Positions 19,957-32,650 are shown, counted from the first letter of the stretch. The stretch is DNA of 64,000 nt from Candidatus Latescibacterota bacterium (GCA_965243025.1 CBDETY010000003.1:5536001-5600000); one strand, 5' to 3'. Notes: generated by a model not told the origin, from the letters alone. Program-made: numbers and translations.

Positions 19957-22343
19957 CCGCCGCCGACCGCGGCTTTCTCCTGCACGTCTTTCACCGCACC
20001 CAGGGCCCGGACACCGTCATCTTCGGAGTGGGCAGGCTCGAGTCGGGGGGCACCTTCGCCTTGGCCGACCACCGCGATTCCCCCGCCTTCTACGTGCGCG
20101 CCGGGGACGCGGCGACCGCGCGCGTCTGCGCCGGCAGGGACGACACCGTCGAGCCCTGCGGCTGGACGACGATGGACGGCGAGCCGGTGGTGCGGGTGCG
20201 CAGCCGGCGGGTCAACGGTCTGCGCCAGGTCGCCCGGCGCCTCCATAAGGACGAGGTCCGCACCTACGAGGCCGACGTGGGCCTGGGGCGCCGCTATCTC
20301 GCCGACCGCGGCATCGCCGGCCCGGTTGAGATCTCGGGGCCGTGGCGGCCCGGCACCGGGGTCGACCGCGTGTACGTCGACCCGGAGCTGCGGCCCGGGG
20401 ACTGGGTGCCTGAGCTCTCCGTGCTCGCCCTCGACATCGAGACCACCCCGGACGCCTCCGAGGTCCTGGCCGCCTCGCTGGTCGGCAGCGGAACGGCCGC
20501 CGGCGTGGAAGAGGTCCACATCTCCGGGGCCCCGGCCCCGGGGGATCCCGACTACCTGAGCTGCCACGACGGGGAGGGCGCCCTGCTGGCGGCGCTTGGG
20601 GACCGCCTCCGGGCCCTCGACCCGGACGTGCTGACCGGGTGGAACCTCGTCGATTTCGACCTCACCGTGCTGCAGCGGCGCTTCCGCGCCCTGGCGCTCC
20701 CGTTCAACCTCGGGCGCAGCAGCGACTCCTCGTGGTACCAGGAGGGGGAGATCTGGGGCGGCAGCCGCATGGTCGTCCACGGCCGCCAGGTCCTCGACGC
20801 CCTGCACCTGATCCGGGGGACGCTGCAGCGCTTCGACGACTACCGCCTCGAAACCGTGGCGCGGCAGGTTCTGGGGCGGGGCAAGCGGTTCGCGGACGGC
20901 GGCGAAGCCGGCGAGAGCATGCCGGAGGTCATCCTGCGGGCTTACCGCGAGGACCGGACCGCTTTCTGCGAGTACTGTCTCGAGGACTCGCGGCTCGTGC
21001 GCGACCTCCTCGAAGCGGAGGGGCTGATCGAGCTGACCCTGCGGCGCAGCGTCCTCACCGGCCTGCCCCTGGAACGGGCCTGGGGCTCGGTGGGGGCCTT
21101 CGAGTTCCTCTACATCAGCGAGCTGCACAAACGCGGCAAGGTCGCCCCGACCAACGGCGTCGACCGCGCCGGTCTCGGAGGGGCGCCGGGCGGCCTCGTG
21201 ATGCCGGCGGCGGCCGGCCTCTACCGCAACGTCTACGTCTTCGATTTCAAGAGCCTGTACCCGACGATCATCCGCACCTTCAACATCGATCCGCTGGCCC
21301 ACGTCGAGGCGCGCATGCGCGGCGGCGATGCCGGCGACGTCATCGTCGCCCCCAACGGGGCGCGCTTCGCGCGCGAGCCCGGGATTCTGCCGCGGCTGCT
21401 CGAGCGCTTCTTCGAAAGCCGCGACCGCGCCAAGGCGGCCGGCGACGAGCTGGCCTCGTACGCCTACAAGATCGTGATGAACTCCTTCTACGGAGTGCTG
21501 GCGACCGAGTCCTGCCGCTTCGCCGAGGAGCAGCTCGCCGGGGCGATCACCGGGTTCGGGCATTACTTCCTGCGCTGGACCCGGGACCTGCTGCAGGAGA
21601 ACGGCTGCCGCGTCCTCTACGGCGACACCGACTCCGTCTTCGTCGACGCCGGTCTTCCCGACGATATCGACCCTGCCGAAGGGATCGAGCGCGGCCGCGA
21701 GCTGTGCGCCTGGATCAACGGCCGCCTCGCCGAGCATATCGAGGCGGAGCACGGGGTGCGGTCGGTCCTCGACCTCGAGTTCGAGAAGCTCTACCTGCGC
21801 TTCTTCCTGCCGCCGGTCCGCGACGGCGGCGACCGCGGCCGCGCCAAGGGGTACGCCGGCCTGCGTGCCGGGGAGCAGGGCGCCGAAGAGGTCGAGATCG
21901 TCGGCATGGAAGCGGTGCGGCGCGACTGGACCGACCTGGCGCGCAACCTGCAGCGCGAGCTGCTGGCGCGGCTGTTTCGCGACGCCCCGGGTGCCGAGAT
22001 CGAGGCGGAAGTAGGAGAGTGGATCCGCTCGGTGCGGGCCGGGGAGCGGGACGGCGAGCTGGTCTACCGCAAGGCCCTGCGCAAGCCGGTCGAGGGCTAC
22101 ACCAGCACGAGCCCGCCGCACGTGACCGCGGCCCGCATGCTGCCGAACCCTTCCGGGCTCATTCAGTACGTGATCACCCGCGACGGGCCGCAGCCGCTCG
22201 GGCTCGTCAGGGCGCCGCTGGACTACGAGCATTACGTCGAGAAGCAAATCGCCCCGATCGCGCGCACCATCGGACAGGTGTGCGACCTCGACGTCGAGGC
22301 GGCGGTCACCGGAAGGCGGGACCTGTTCCGGTCGCTGAGGTAG
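19953..22343 (+). CDS. polB: DNA polymerase II (family B)
   Basis: Exo I LDIET, GWNLVDFDL, FDFKSLYPTII, KIVMNSFYG, YGDTDSVF, KGYAG, GMEAVRRDW; GTGA overlap with SDR. Confidence 0.92.
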   Translation: MTAADRGFLLHVFHRTQGPDTVIFGVGRLESGGTFALADHRDSPAFYVRAGDAATARVCAGRDDTVEPCGWTTMDGEPVVRVRSRRVNGLRQVARRLHKDEVRTYEADVGLGRRYLADRGIAGPVEISGPWRPGTGVDRVYVDPELRPGDWVPELSVLALDIETTPDASEVLAASLVGSGTAAGVEEVHISGAPAPGDPDYLSCHDGEGALLAALGDRLRALDPDVLTGWNLVDFDLTVLQRRFRALALPFNLGRSSDSSWYQEGEIWGGSRMVVHGRQVLDALHLIRGTLQRFDDYRLETVARQVLGRGKRFADGGEAGESMPEVILRAYREDRTAFCEYCLEDSRLVRDLLEAEGLIELTLRRSVLTGLPLERAWGSVGAFEFLYISELHKRGKVAPTNGVDRAGLGGAPGGLVMPAAAGLYRNVYVFDFKSLYPTIIRTFNIDPLAHVEARMRGGDAGDVIVAPNGARFAREPGILPRLLERFFESRDRAKAAGDELASYAYKIVMNSFYGVLATESCRFAEEQLAGAITGFGHYFLRWTRDLLQENGCRVLYGDTDSVFVDAGLPDDIDPAEGIERGRELCAWINGRLAEHIEAEHGVRSVLDLEFEKLYLRFFLPPVRDGGDRGRAKGYAGLRAGEQGAEEVEIVGMEAVRRDWTDLARNLQRELLARLFRDAPGAEIEAEVGEWIRSVRAGERDGELVYRKALRKPVEGYTSTSPPHVTAARMLPNPSGLIQYVITRDGPQPLGLVRAPLDYEHYVEKQIAPIARTIGQVCDLDVEAAVTGRRDLFRSLR

Positions 22344-22510
22344 CGGAACCTGTTTCCGGCATCCCGCCGGCGGTGGCCCGGCAACCGGATGCCCGCGGCA
22401 GCGGGCCCGACATATACCATTACCTACCCCTACCCCGCACGAGGTTGCCGGCGCCTGAATCCCCAGCCCCGGTGCAGGAGAATCCCCGAGCAGAAGCAAG
22501 CCTTCGAGTG

Positions 22511-23092
22511 TCAGGCGATCATCGTCTCGGCGAGGGCGAAGCAGACCGAGGAGTGCGGCCTGCCGAGGTTCTTCGTCCAGCTGTCGCGCAGGTAGGGCTC
22601 GCCGGGGACCGGCCTGCCGTCGAGCTCGACGCTACCGCCCGAAGCGAACACGAGGATGGTGAAGACGATCCGGGGGTGCAGGGTCGGCGGACCGACGTAA
22701 GGGGCGGCCAGCCCGCTCCAGACGGCGCGGATCTCCCGGTCCCCGGCGGCGATCCTCCAAGCCGGGCGGTCGCGCACGTCCCCTTCCTGGCGGAACTCGG
22801 CCGCGATCACCGGCAGGCCGGCGAAGGGGCCTTCGTTGCGGTACATGGTCTCGCGGATGAACCGCTCGAAAGCGGGGGAGTCGGTGCAGGCCGCCGCGAA
22901 GCCGGCTTCCCCTTCGATGCGGACGTAGGCGGCGGTCCCGGGGCCGGCGGGACTGAAGCGGCCCCGGTAGATGCTGACCATGGCGCTGTCCCGGCCGCTG
23001 CCGGGGAGGCGGAGGTAGTTGATCCAGTGCTCGCCGCTGAACAGAAGCTCGCCCCGGCCGATGCCCGGGTCCGCCGGGGATGCGCCGCTCAT
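22511..23092 (-). CDS. Hypothetical protein
   Basis: Host-like codon usage, natural composition, 11 bp downstream of co-oriented dehydrogenase. Confidence 0.7.
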   Translation of the reverse strand: MSGASPADPGIGRGELLFSGEHWINYLRLPGSGRDSAMVSIYRGRFSPAGPGTAAYVRIEGEAGFAAACTDSPAFERFIRETMYRNEGPFAGLPVIAAEFRQEGDVRDRPAWRIAAGDREIRAVWSGLAAPYVGPPTLHPRIVFTILVFASGGSVELDGRPVPGEPYLRDSWTKNLGRPHSSVCFALAETMIA

Positions 23093-23103
23093 CGCGCCTG
23101 CGG

Positions 23104-24066
23104 TCAGAACTTCAGGACCACCTTGACCGCCTCTTCTTCCTCGGGGCGGAGGAAGGCGGTCTCGAACCCCTGCTGGATCTGCTCGAACGGGAGCACGTGG
23201 GTCAGGATCGGGGTGACGTCGAGGCGCCCCTCGGTTATCCACTGGAGGGCGACGGTGTAGTCCATCTGCGGGTTGGGCCCCACCGAAGCGATGAGGCGGG
23301 TCTCGTTGACGAACCAGCTGTAGAACTCGAGCGGTATGATCCCCTCCTGGTTGTCCTTGTCCGGAACCCCGAAGCTGACCAGGGTGCCCCCGCGCTTCAG
23401 CAGGCCGGCGGCGAGGTTGAGGGTTTCGGCGGCACCCACGGCTTCGACGACGCAGTCCGCCATCTCTCCGCCGGTCAGCTCGGTGACGGCGGCGGGCATG
23501 TCCTCGGCCGATGGGTCGATGGCATGGGTCGCCCCCATCCTGTCTGCCACCCCCAGCCGGTGGCGGTTGGGGTCGACGGCGACGATGCGGCGGGCGCCGA
23601 GGTTGCGCAGGCAGGCGTTGAACAGCTGCCCCACCGGGCCCTGGCCGATGACGACGACGTCCTTGTTGATGAGGTTGTCGAGCTTGTAGAAGCAGTGGAT
23701 GACGGTGCCGAGGAGCTGGCTCATCAGGATGACTTCGGGCCTGCCGTCGGGCGGCAGCCGCACCACCCCTTCATCGCGGGCGAGCACGTACTCCTGGAAC
23801 AGGCCGCGGTCGAAATGGGACAGCAGCACCCGTTCCCCCTCGGCGTAGCGCCCGGAGGGGCAGGCCTCGACGATTCCCATGCCCTCGTGCCCGGTATCGC
23901 CCGGCTGCAGCGGGTAGGAGGGGTACCCGCCCCAGAACGAGGGCCGGTCGGTTCCGCAGATGGCGACCCGCTCGAGGCGGACCAGCATGTTGCCGTTTGA
24001 TGCCTCGGGCCTGTCGACCTCGATCAGTTCCCAGGTGCGTGGCTGCACCAGTTGTGCGGCGCGCAA
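23104..24066 (-). CDS. Zinc-binding (MDR) alcohol/polyol dehydrogenase
   Basis: ICGTD, GHEG catalytic Zn ligands, GQGPVG Rossmann motif; structural Zn lobe absent; TTG start with RBS. Confidence 0.88.
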   Translation of the reverse strand: MRAAQLVQPRTWELIEVDRPEASNGNMLVRLERVAICGTDRPSFWGGYPSYPLQPGDTGHEGMGIVEACPSGRYAEGERVLLSHFDRGLFQEYVLARDEGVVRLPPDGRPEVILMSQLLGTVIHCFYKLDNLINKDVVVIGQGPVGQLFNACLRNLGARRIVAVDPNRHRLGVADRMGATHAIDPSAEDMPAAVTELTGGEMADCVVEAVGAAETLNLAAGLLKRGGTLVSFGVPDKDNQEGIIPLEFYSWFVNETRLIASVGPNPQMDYTVALQWITEGRLDVTPILTHVLPFEQIQQGFETAFLRPEEEEAVKVVLKF

Positions 24067-24163
24067 TGATGCTCTCCCATTCGGCGATCAGGTTTCGGAA
24101 AAGGCGAAATCTCTAACTTCGGCGGACCATGTAGCGGGTCAAGTTGCGGCGATGCATCGATTC

Positions 24164-24191
24164 TTGACGATCTCCCTCCCGGCGCTACATT
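24164..24191 (+). promoter_or_regulatory. Putative sigma70 promoter of nfuA
   Basis: TTGACG-N16-TACATT. Confidence 0.45.
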
Positions 24192-24258
24192 CACCGCGAC
24201 AACACGGCCCCCGCTGCATTCGGAATGCAGCACCCATTTCCGCACCCTCGAGAATCGC

Positions 24259-24822
24259 ATGGTCACCATATCCGAAGCCGCCCGGGAAAAGATCGTCGAG
24301 CTGATGGAGAAGAGCGAAAACCCCGTCAAGGGGCTTCGCATCGCCGCCAGGGCGGCGTCCCCCTTGAAGGTCGACTTCCGCATGGCTTTCCTCGGCGAGG
24401 AGTACGAGGGAGGCGACGAGATGATCCCCTTCGACGGCTTCGATCTCTACGTCGACGACGAGAGCCTGCCGCACGTGCAGGAGGCGACGATAGATTACGT
24501 CGACGGCCTGATGGGCAGCGGCTTCAAGATCGACACGCCGGCGAAAAAGCCGGAACTGTCCGGGCCGCTCGCCGACAAGGTCCAGGCGGTGATCGAGCAG
24601 CAGATCAACCCCGCGGTGGCCTCGCACGGGGGCTACGTCTCCCTGGTCGACGTAAAGGACAAGGTCGTCTACCTCGAGATGGGCGGCGGCTGCCAGGGCT
24701 GCGGCATGGCCAACGTCACCCTGCGGCAGGGGATCGAGGTGATGATCAAAAAAGCGGTTCCCGAGGTCGAGGAGATCCGCGACGTCACCGAGCACGCCGG
24801 CGGCGAGAACCCCTATTATTGA
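24259..24822 (+). CDS. nfuA: Fe-S cluster biogenesis protein NfuA
   Basis: N-terminal degenerate A-type domain (TIDYVDGLMGSGFKI) plus Nfu domain INPAVASHGG...GGGCQGCG...DVTEH. Confidence 0.9.
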   Translation: MVTISEAAREKIVELMEKSENPVKGLRIAARAASPLKVDFRMAFLGEEYEGGDEMIPFDGFDLYVDDESLPHVQEATIDYVDGLMGSGFKIDTPAKKPELSGPLADKVQAVIEQQINPAVASHGGYVSLVDVKDKVVYLEMGGGCQGCGMANVTLRQGIEVMIKKAVPEVEEIRDVTEHAGGENPYY

Positions 24823-24974
24823 ATCCTTCCCAGGGGCTCACCGGCCGGTCCCGTTCGCGCCGGGAAGCGCTCCACGCGGCATGCGGCCGCGAATCCGAGT
24901 CACCTTCAGGCAGTCCTCCTTTACCGAACCGGTACTGAGCGGAGGCCGGCCTCCAACCCGAAGGGAGATGCCTC

Positions 24975-25349
24975 ATGCGACAAGCAGCGCTGTTGGCTCT
25001 GGCGGTACTGGTAGCGGTGGGATGCGGTGTGAAAGAGGAGGACAAGAGGGCCCTGGCACGCGAGGTTCGCGACCTGATCCGCAGCATCGATGCCGAGACG
25101 CGGGGATTCGGCGCTGAGGAGGAGCAGGTCGCGAAATTCATGGAGCGGCGCAAGGAGGAGTTCGACAAACTGAAGGACTCCCTGGAGACTACCTTGGGCA
25201 GCGACGAGGCCGACAACCTCGACCGCTTCTACCTGGGGGGATTGCTCGACGACCTCGAGGAGAAGGGGGACGACCTCGGCTTCGAGCAGGCCAAGCGCAG
25301 GACTCTCAAGCGCCTCGAGCAACTCAAGAGCCGCATCGAGAACCTGTGA
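24975..25349 (+). CDS. Hypothetical helical lipoprotein
   Basis: Signal peptide with lipobox AVGC; charged helical body; RBS ggag. Confidence 0.75.
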   Translation: MRQAALLALAVLVAVGCGVKEEDKRALAREVRDLIRSIDAETRGFGAEEEQVAKFMERRKEEFDKLKDSLETTLGSDEADNLDRFYLGGLLDDLEEKGDDLGFEQAKRRTLKRLEQLKSRIENL

Positions 25350-25461
25350 GTCACCGGCCGCCGGGGTATCGCGAATCGGCCCCGGCGCCATAGTGCACGC
25401 CGGTTCGCCGCGGCCAGTCCTTGCTGGAGCCACCTCCCGTTCATATCGACCTCGACGCGAC

Positions 25462-26682
25462 ATGCTGACCCCCGAAGAGGCGCAACAGACCGTCCTGGAA
25501 CACGTCCGCCCCCTGGGGGTCGAGCGCGTCCCCCTGCTCGACGCGCTCGACCGCCTGCTCGCCGCCGACGTCCACGCCACTTACGACAGCCCACCCCTCG
25601 ACAACTCCGCCATGGACGGGTACGCCGTCCGCCACGAGGACGTAAATGATGCCTCTGCCGAGGTCCCGGCCGTACTCGAGGTGATCGAGGACATACCGGC
25701 CGGCCGCATCGGCCGCAAGACGGTGTCCCCCGGCCAGGCGAGCCGCATCATGACCGGCGCCCCCGTTCCCGCCGGCGCCGACACCGTCATCCGCGTCGAG
25801 GACACGCGCGCCGCCGGCAGCCGCGTCGAAATCCTGGAGGGGGACGACCTGGCCGCCAACATCCGGCGCCGCGGCGAGGACATGAAGGTGGGGGAGAGGC
25901 TGATCGCGGCGGGGACCGAACTGGGCCCGGGGGAGCTGGGGGTGCTCGCCACCGTGCAGCGGACCTTCGTCCCCGTTCACCGGCGCCCCAGGCTCGCCAT
26001 CCTTTCGACCGGGGACGAGCTCGTCGAGATCGACGAGCCCCTCGAGCCGGGCAAGATCGTCAACAGCAATACCGCCACCCTGGCGGCCATGGCCCGCGCC
26101 CACGGGGCCGAACCGGTGATGCTGCCGGTGGCGCCCGACGACGAGGACCGCATCCGCGAGGCGGTCGAGACCGCGCTCGCCAGCGATTTCATCCTCTCGT
26201 CAGGGGGGGTGTCGGTCGGGGAGTACGACTTCGTCAAGAAGGTGCTCGCCGACATGGGAGCCGAGGAGGTCCTGTGGCGGGTGGCGATGAAGCCGGGCAA
26301 GCCGCTCTACTTCTGCCTGCTGAAAGGCAAGCCCTACTTCGGACTCCCGGGAAACCCGGTTTCCGGCTGCATGTCCTTCCTGCAGTTCGTGCGCCCGGCG
26401 GTGCGCAAGGCTTCCGGGTACCCGCCGGAACAGCAGCTCCTTCCGACGGCGGCGGCGCGCATGGAGAACGGCGAGGAGAACGACGGCGACCGCCGCCAGT
26501 ACCTGCGCGCGCAGCTGACCTGGGAGAACGGCCGGCTCGGGGCGCGCACCGGCCACCGCGGCCAGGGCTCGCACATCCTCACCAGCATGCTCGGGGCCAA
26601 CGGCGTCGTCGTTCTCGAGCCGGGCCAGAGAGTCGCCGCCGGCGACGAGGTGACGGTCCAGGTCATCGGCAAGCTGTTGTAG
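25462..26682 (+). CDS. moeA: Molybdopterin molybdenumtransferase MoeA
   Basis: [46 protein letters not shown]. Confidence 0.95.
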   Translation: MLTPEEAQQTVLEHVRPLGVERVPLLDALDRLLAADVHATYDSPPLDNSAMDGYAVRHEDVNDASAEVPAVLEVIEDIPAGRIGRKTVSPGQASRIMTGAPVPAGADTVIRVEDTRAAGSRVEILEGDDLAANIRRRGEDMKVGERLIAAGTELGPGELGVLATVQRTFVPVHRRPRLAILSTGDELVEIDEPLEPGKIVNSNTATLAAMARAHGAEPVMLPVAPDDEDRIREAVETALASDFILSSGGVSVGEYDFVKKVLADMGAEEVLWRVAMKPGKPLYFCLLKGKPYFGLPGNPVSGCMSFLQFVRPAVRKASGYPPEQQLLPTAAARMENGEENDGDRRQYLRAQLTWENGRLGARTGHRGQGSHILTSMLGANGVVVLEPGQRVAAGDEVTVQVIGKLL

Positions 26683-26721
26683 CCCCCTCCTCCCGGCCAT
26701 CGCCCGGCCGATCGGTCGTTT

Positions 26722-26751
26722 TTGCCAACCTGACCTGCCTGCGGATATTAT
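26722..26751 (+). promoter_or_regulatory. Putative sigma70 promoter of acs
   Basis: TTGCCA-N18-TATTAT ahead of RBS aggaga. Confidence 0.45.
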
Positions 26752-26779
26752 GCCCGCACCCAGAACAGGAGAGTTTTCG

Positions 26780-28747
<1,968 letters not shown>

Positions 28748-28757
28748 CACGAGCACG

Positions 28758-29786
28758 ATGCAGCCGCTGCCCCTCGGACCGCTGGGGATCGCCGCGCTCC
28801 GGGAGGAGGAGACGCACCAGGCCTGCACCTGGGACCGCGGCGTTCGCAAGAAGCTTCCCGTCGACCGGGGCGGCACGGTCACCCTCGCCGAGGTCGACGG
28901 CTGCGGGTACGTCGCCCAGCTCTGGCTGACCTTCCCCGGCTGGTTCTGGCGCAACTGGGAGCCGCAGACGCCGGTAAGCGCCACCATCCTGAAAACCCTG
29001 CTGCTGCGCATCTTCTGGGACGGCAGCGACCGCCCCGCGGTCGAGGTCCCGGTCGGCGACTTCTTCGGATGCGGCCTGTGCGAGGTGGCCAACTTCACCT
29101 CCCGCTACATCGGCATGTCGAGCGGGGGCTTCTACAGCCGCTTTCCCATGCCGTTCCGCAGCGGCTTCCGCATCGAGGTCGAGAACCGCGACGAGCACGT
29201 CGACACGCAGGTGTACGCCAATATCCTGTATCAGCTGACCGACGGGCTGCCCGGGGACACCGCCTGGTTCCACGGCCAGTTCCGCACCGGCGAGAACGAA
29301 GGGGCCGACCCGATGGTGGTCGCCGAGGCACAGGGCCGGGGCCATTTCGCCGGCTGCACCCTGTCGATGCAGGCGCGGGACCGCAACTACCTCGGGTTCC
29401 TCGAGTCGCCCGAGCAGGTTTTCATCGACGACGACCGGGAGCGGCCGCGCATCGCAGGCACCGGGCTCGAGGATTACTTCATGGGGGGGTGGTACTTCCG
29501 CGAGGGGCAGTTCGCCGGCGACCTGCACGGGCTGCCCGTGAAGGACGCCCTCAACTCGATGGCGGCGATGTACCGGGTCCACGAGAGCGACGCCATCCGT
29601 TTCCGGCGCCGCTTCCGCATCGAGTTCACCAACCCGTTTCCCGGAGAGGCGAGGCCGTTCCGCCATTCGTCGGCCGCCTTCCTGTACCTGGCGGACCCGG
29701 GAGGCCAGGGGCCGCCGGTCCCGGAGAACGACAGGCTGCTGTGCTGGTACCGCGTGCGCGACCGCGATCACCAGAGCATTCCCTGA
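28758..29786 (+). CDS. DUF2961 / GH172-like protein
   Basis: LRIFWDG, VPVGDFFG, PMPFRSG, GTGLEDYFMGGWYF. Confidence 0.82.
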   Translation: MQPLPLGPLGIAALREEETHQACTWDRGVRKKLPVDRGGTVTLAEVDGCGYVAQLWLTFPGWFWRNWEPQTPVSATILKTLLLRIFWDGSDRPAVEVPVGDFFGCGLCEVANFTSRYIGMSSGGFYSRFPMPFRSGFRIEVENRDEHVDTQVYANILYQLTDGLPGDTAWFHGQFRTGENEGADPMVVAEAQGRGHFAGCTLSMQARDRNYLGFLESPEQVFIDDDRERPRIAGTGLEDYFMGGWYFREGQFAGDLHGLPVKDALNSMAAMYRVHESDAIRFRRRFRIEFTNPFPGEARPFRHSSAAFLYLADPGGQGPPVPENDRLLCWYRVRDRDHQSIP

Positions 29787-31000
29787 TGGGGGAGGATGGC
29801 CAGAGGGACGGCGCGGCGGGGCTGTCGCGGCGGGAGTTCCTCAAGAGCTCCGGAGGCGCCGCGGCCCTGCTGCTCTGGGGGTGCGGGCCGGACGAACCCC
29901 TGGCCCTGGAGGGGGGCATGCTGGCCGGCACCGGGCTGCCGGACCCGTTTGCCCGGGGCCGCTTCCTGGGGGAGCTCCCGTTCGTTGGCGAGGGCTCCTT
30001 TCTCTCGGGAGTGCGCAGGAAGGAGGGGCTCGACGGCCGCTACGCCCTCGACCTGTCGAAGCTCGACAGCCTCACAGTAGCCAACGAGGATTTCTTCATC
30101 CGCACCTTTCCACCGGCGCAGTTGCCGCCGGCGAAGGGCTGGACGGTTCGCGTGCGCGGTCTGGTGCGCCGCCCCGCGGACATCGGAATCGACCGCATCC
30201 GATCCTGGGCCCGGCCGCTGGGGAAGACGCTGATGGAGTGCGCCGGCAACGGCCCCCCCGTCCATTACGGGCTCATCGGCTCGGCGGTGTGGACGGGCGT
30301 TCCGTTCGCCGAGCTGCTCTCCCTGGCGGAGATCGAGCCGGCCGCCGGCCGGGTGCTGGTATCCGGGTTCGACGGCAATCCGCCCCGGTCGAAGACCAGC
30401 GCTCCGGGGGCCGCCTGGGTCTTCCGCATCGACGAGCTGACGGAGGCAGGGGCCTTCCTGGCGGTCGGGATGAACGGGGAGCAACTTTCCGTTGACCACG
30501 GCGCTCCGGTCCGTCTGATGGTGCCGGGCTGGTACGGCTGCGTCTGCGTAAAGTGGCTCGACGGTATCGAGTTCGTCGGCGACGATCAGCCGGCGACCTC
30601 GCAGATGCGGGAGTTCGCCCTGCGGACCCACCAGGAAGGGGTGCCGCGGCTGGCGCGCGACTACCTGCCCGCGGTCGTCGACCGCACCGCGGTGCCGGTG
30701 CGCGCCGAGCGCTGGCGCCTCGACGGGGAGGAGGCGGTGCGGGTGGTCGGACTCACCTGGGGGGCGAGCGTCTCACCCGGAAGGCTGGGGGTGTCGTTCG
30801 CCCGGGAAGAGCCGCTGCAGCCGGTGTCGGCCTGCCCGCCGCTGACGGGGAGGGACTGGGCATTCTGGTCGCACCGCTGGAAGCCGCCGCAGCAGGGGAT
30901 CCACCGCATCAGGCTGGGGCTGCTCGACAGCGATGCCCCGGCGCGCCGCCTCGGGATTCCGGTGTACGGCAGGAAGGTCGAGGTCCCGGCCCTCGCTTGA
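29786..31000 (+). CDS. Tat-exported sulfite-oxidase-family molybdopterin oxidoreductase (probable lipoprotein)
   Basis: SRREFLK, LLLWGC; FFIR, MECAGN Mo-ligand Cys, HGAPVRLMVPGWYG..VKWL. Confidence 0.85.
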   Translation: MGEDGQRDGAAGLSRREFLKSSGGAAALLLWGCGPDEPLALEGGMLAGTGLPDPFARGRFLGELPFVGEGSFLSGVRRKEGLDGRYALDLSKLDSLTVANEDFFIRTFPPAQLPPAKGWTVRVRGLVRRPADIGIDRIRSWARPLGKTLMECAGNGPPVHYGLIGSAVWTGVPFAELLSLAEIEPAAGRVLVSGFDGNPPRSKTSAPGAAWVFRIDELTEAGAFLAVGMNGEQLSVDHGAPVRLMVPGWYGCVCVKWLDGIEFVGDDQPATSQMREFALRTHQEGVPRLARDYLPAVVDRTAVPVRAERWRLDGEEAVRVVGLTWGASVSPGRLGVSFAREEPLQPVSACPPLTGRDWAFWSHRWKPPQQGIHRIRLGLLDSDAPARRLGIPVYGRKVEVPALA

Positions 31001-31084
31001 TGCGGTCCCGGGGGGCTCCCATTTTTCGAGCACTGACAGTCCGAATTCCTCTCAAAACCAACCATCATGCACAAAATCACCCGT

Positions 31085-32521
31085 ATGGATTCGGCCGGAC
31101 CCGCGGAAGGCAGGTCGCCGAACAGACGCCGGCAGCCAGGGGGCCGCCGGAAAACGGAAACGGCTCCCAGCACCGGGCGGGAATCCCCGCCCCCCTCCCT
31201 CCGGGAGCAGCTGATCCTGGGACAGATCGACCGCCGCGAGTTCCTGTCCCGGTCCCTGGTGGCAGGACTCGGGCTGGCCGGCGTCGGCGTCGCCGGCTGC
31301 GTCGGGGAGGAAGTGGAGCCCTCCCTGCGGCCGACCTTCTACAAGTGGATCGAGGACCTGCACCCGGGTATACCCCGGGTCAACGCCCGCTTTCCCGGCA
31401 TCGACTACCAGATCGCCCCGGTCGAAGGGTTCGGCATCGAGCGCTTCGTCGCCGAGGCGAGGAAGGGCCGCAGCACCTGGGACGTGTACGTCGGCCAGAC
31501 CCCGTTCGTCGAGATGACGGCGATGATCGAGGCCGGGGTCATCGAGCCCTGGGACGGCTATATCCCGCAGGAGGTGATCGACGACATCATTCCGGCCATC
31601 CGCGAGGAGTGCAGCGTCGACGGCAAGCTCTACAGCTGGCCCTTCCTGCTCGACGTCATCGGCATGGGCTGGCACTCGGGGATCACGGCGCGCGCCGGAA
31701 TCGCCGGGCCGCCCCCCGGGATCTGGGAGCAGTACCTGGAAAATGCCCACGCCGTCGTCGACTCCGAAGCCGCTCCCTTCGGGGCGACCTTCGATGCCCA
31801 CGGCTGGCGCTCCCTGGCGCCGTTCGCCCACAGTATGACCACCGACGTCTACACGCCGGAGGGCCTTTTCGACTTCACCCACGACGCCGCGGTCGAGTCG
31901 CTGGTGCTGATGAAGAAGATCATGGCGGTCTCAAATCCCGACGTCCTGCTCGCCGGCACCGCAGACGGCGGCGTCAACAACACCCCTGACGAGGATGCTT
32001 TCGGAGCCCAGCGCGTGGGGTACTACACCAAGTATTTCAACGCCGCCCTGCGCTTCGCCCAGAACTGGGACGACCCGGATCAGGTGGCCCTGGCGCCGCT
32101 GCCGAAGTTCCCCGGGGGAGAGGGCTCCACCGTCTTCTGGACGACGGGATGCGCCCTGCTCCGTCACGGCGGCAACAAGGAGAAGGCGGCCGAGTACATC
32201 CGCTCCCTCACCTACGACCGGCAGCTTTGGAGGGACTCCCTGGCCGGCACCGAGACCGGCCGTCCCGGCCAGCTGCCTCCGTACCGGTCGATCTACTCCG
32301 ATTGGAATGCGAAGCGGCCGGACTGGCTGCCTGACTTCGTCGCCCTGGTGCGCGGCCAGCTCGACCGGGCTCGCGCCATCCGCACGCACCTGTTCGGCCT
32401 GCAGCAGTTCTTCATCGGCCAGCCGCTCTGGGAGACCTACCTCAAGGGAGAGGAGGCGGATCCCCGGACGGCGCTGGCCAACGCCGCGGCCGCGGTACGT
32501 GCCGAGGTCGAGCGCGGGTGA
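31085..32521 (+). CDS. Tat-exported ABC substrate-binding protein, copy 1 (lipoprotein)
   Basis: IDRREFL, GVAGC lipobox, DGKLYSWPFLLD; start uncertain. Confidence 0.82.
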   Translation: MDSAGPAEGRSPNRRRQPGGRRKTETAPSTGRESPPPSLREQLILGQIDRREFLSRSLVAGLGLAGVGVAGCVGEEVEPSLRPTFYKWIEDLHPGIPRVNARFPGIDYQIAPVEGFGIERFVAEARKGRSTWDVYVGQTPFVEMTAMIEAGVIEPWDGYIPQEVIDDIIPAIREECSVDGKLYSWPFLLDVIGMGWHSGITARAGIAGPPPGIWEQYLENAHAVVDSEAAPFGATFDAHGWRSLAPFAHSMTTDVYTPEGLFDFTHDAAVESLVLMKKIMAVSNPDVLLAGTADGGVNNTPDEDAFGAQRVGYYTKYFNAALRFAQNWDDPDQVALAPLPKFPGGEGSTVFWTTGCALLRHGGNKEKAAEYIRSLTYDRQLWRDSLAGTETGRPGQLPPYRSIYSDWNAKRPDWLPDFVALVRGQLDRARAIRTHLFGLQQFFIGQPLWETYLKGEEADPRTALANAAAAVRAEVERG

Positions 32522-32650
32522 CGAGGACGGTAGTATTGCAGGGTGTCGAGGTCCCGGCCCTCGCTGATGCCGCCCCGGCGGCTTCAATTTTCGAGCATTC
32601 ACAGTCTGGATTCCTTTGAAAAACCAGCCAACACGCACAACATCACCCGT

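Noticed and set aside
19953-22343. Prophage or casposon family-B polymerase
   Set aside because: Pol II-type architecture with host-like codon usage; no phage, cas1 or terminal-repeat context.
25350-25461. Moco riboswitch upstream of moeA
   Set aside because: Only a simple GC hairpin (cgccgggg/ccccggcg) after the upstream gene; no recognisable riboswitch architecture by eye.
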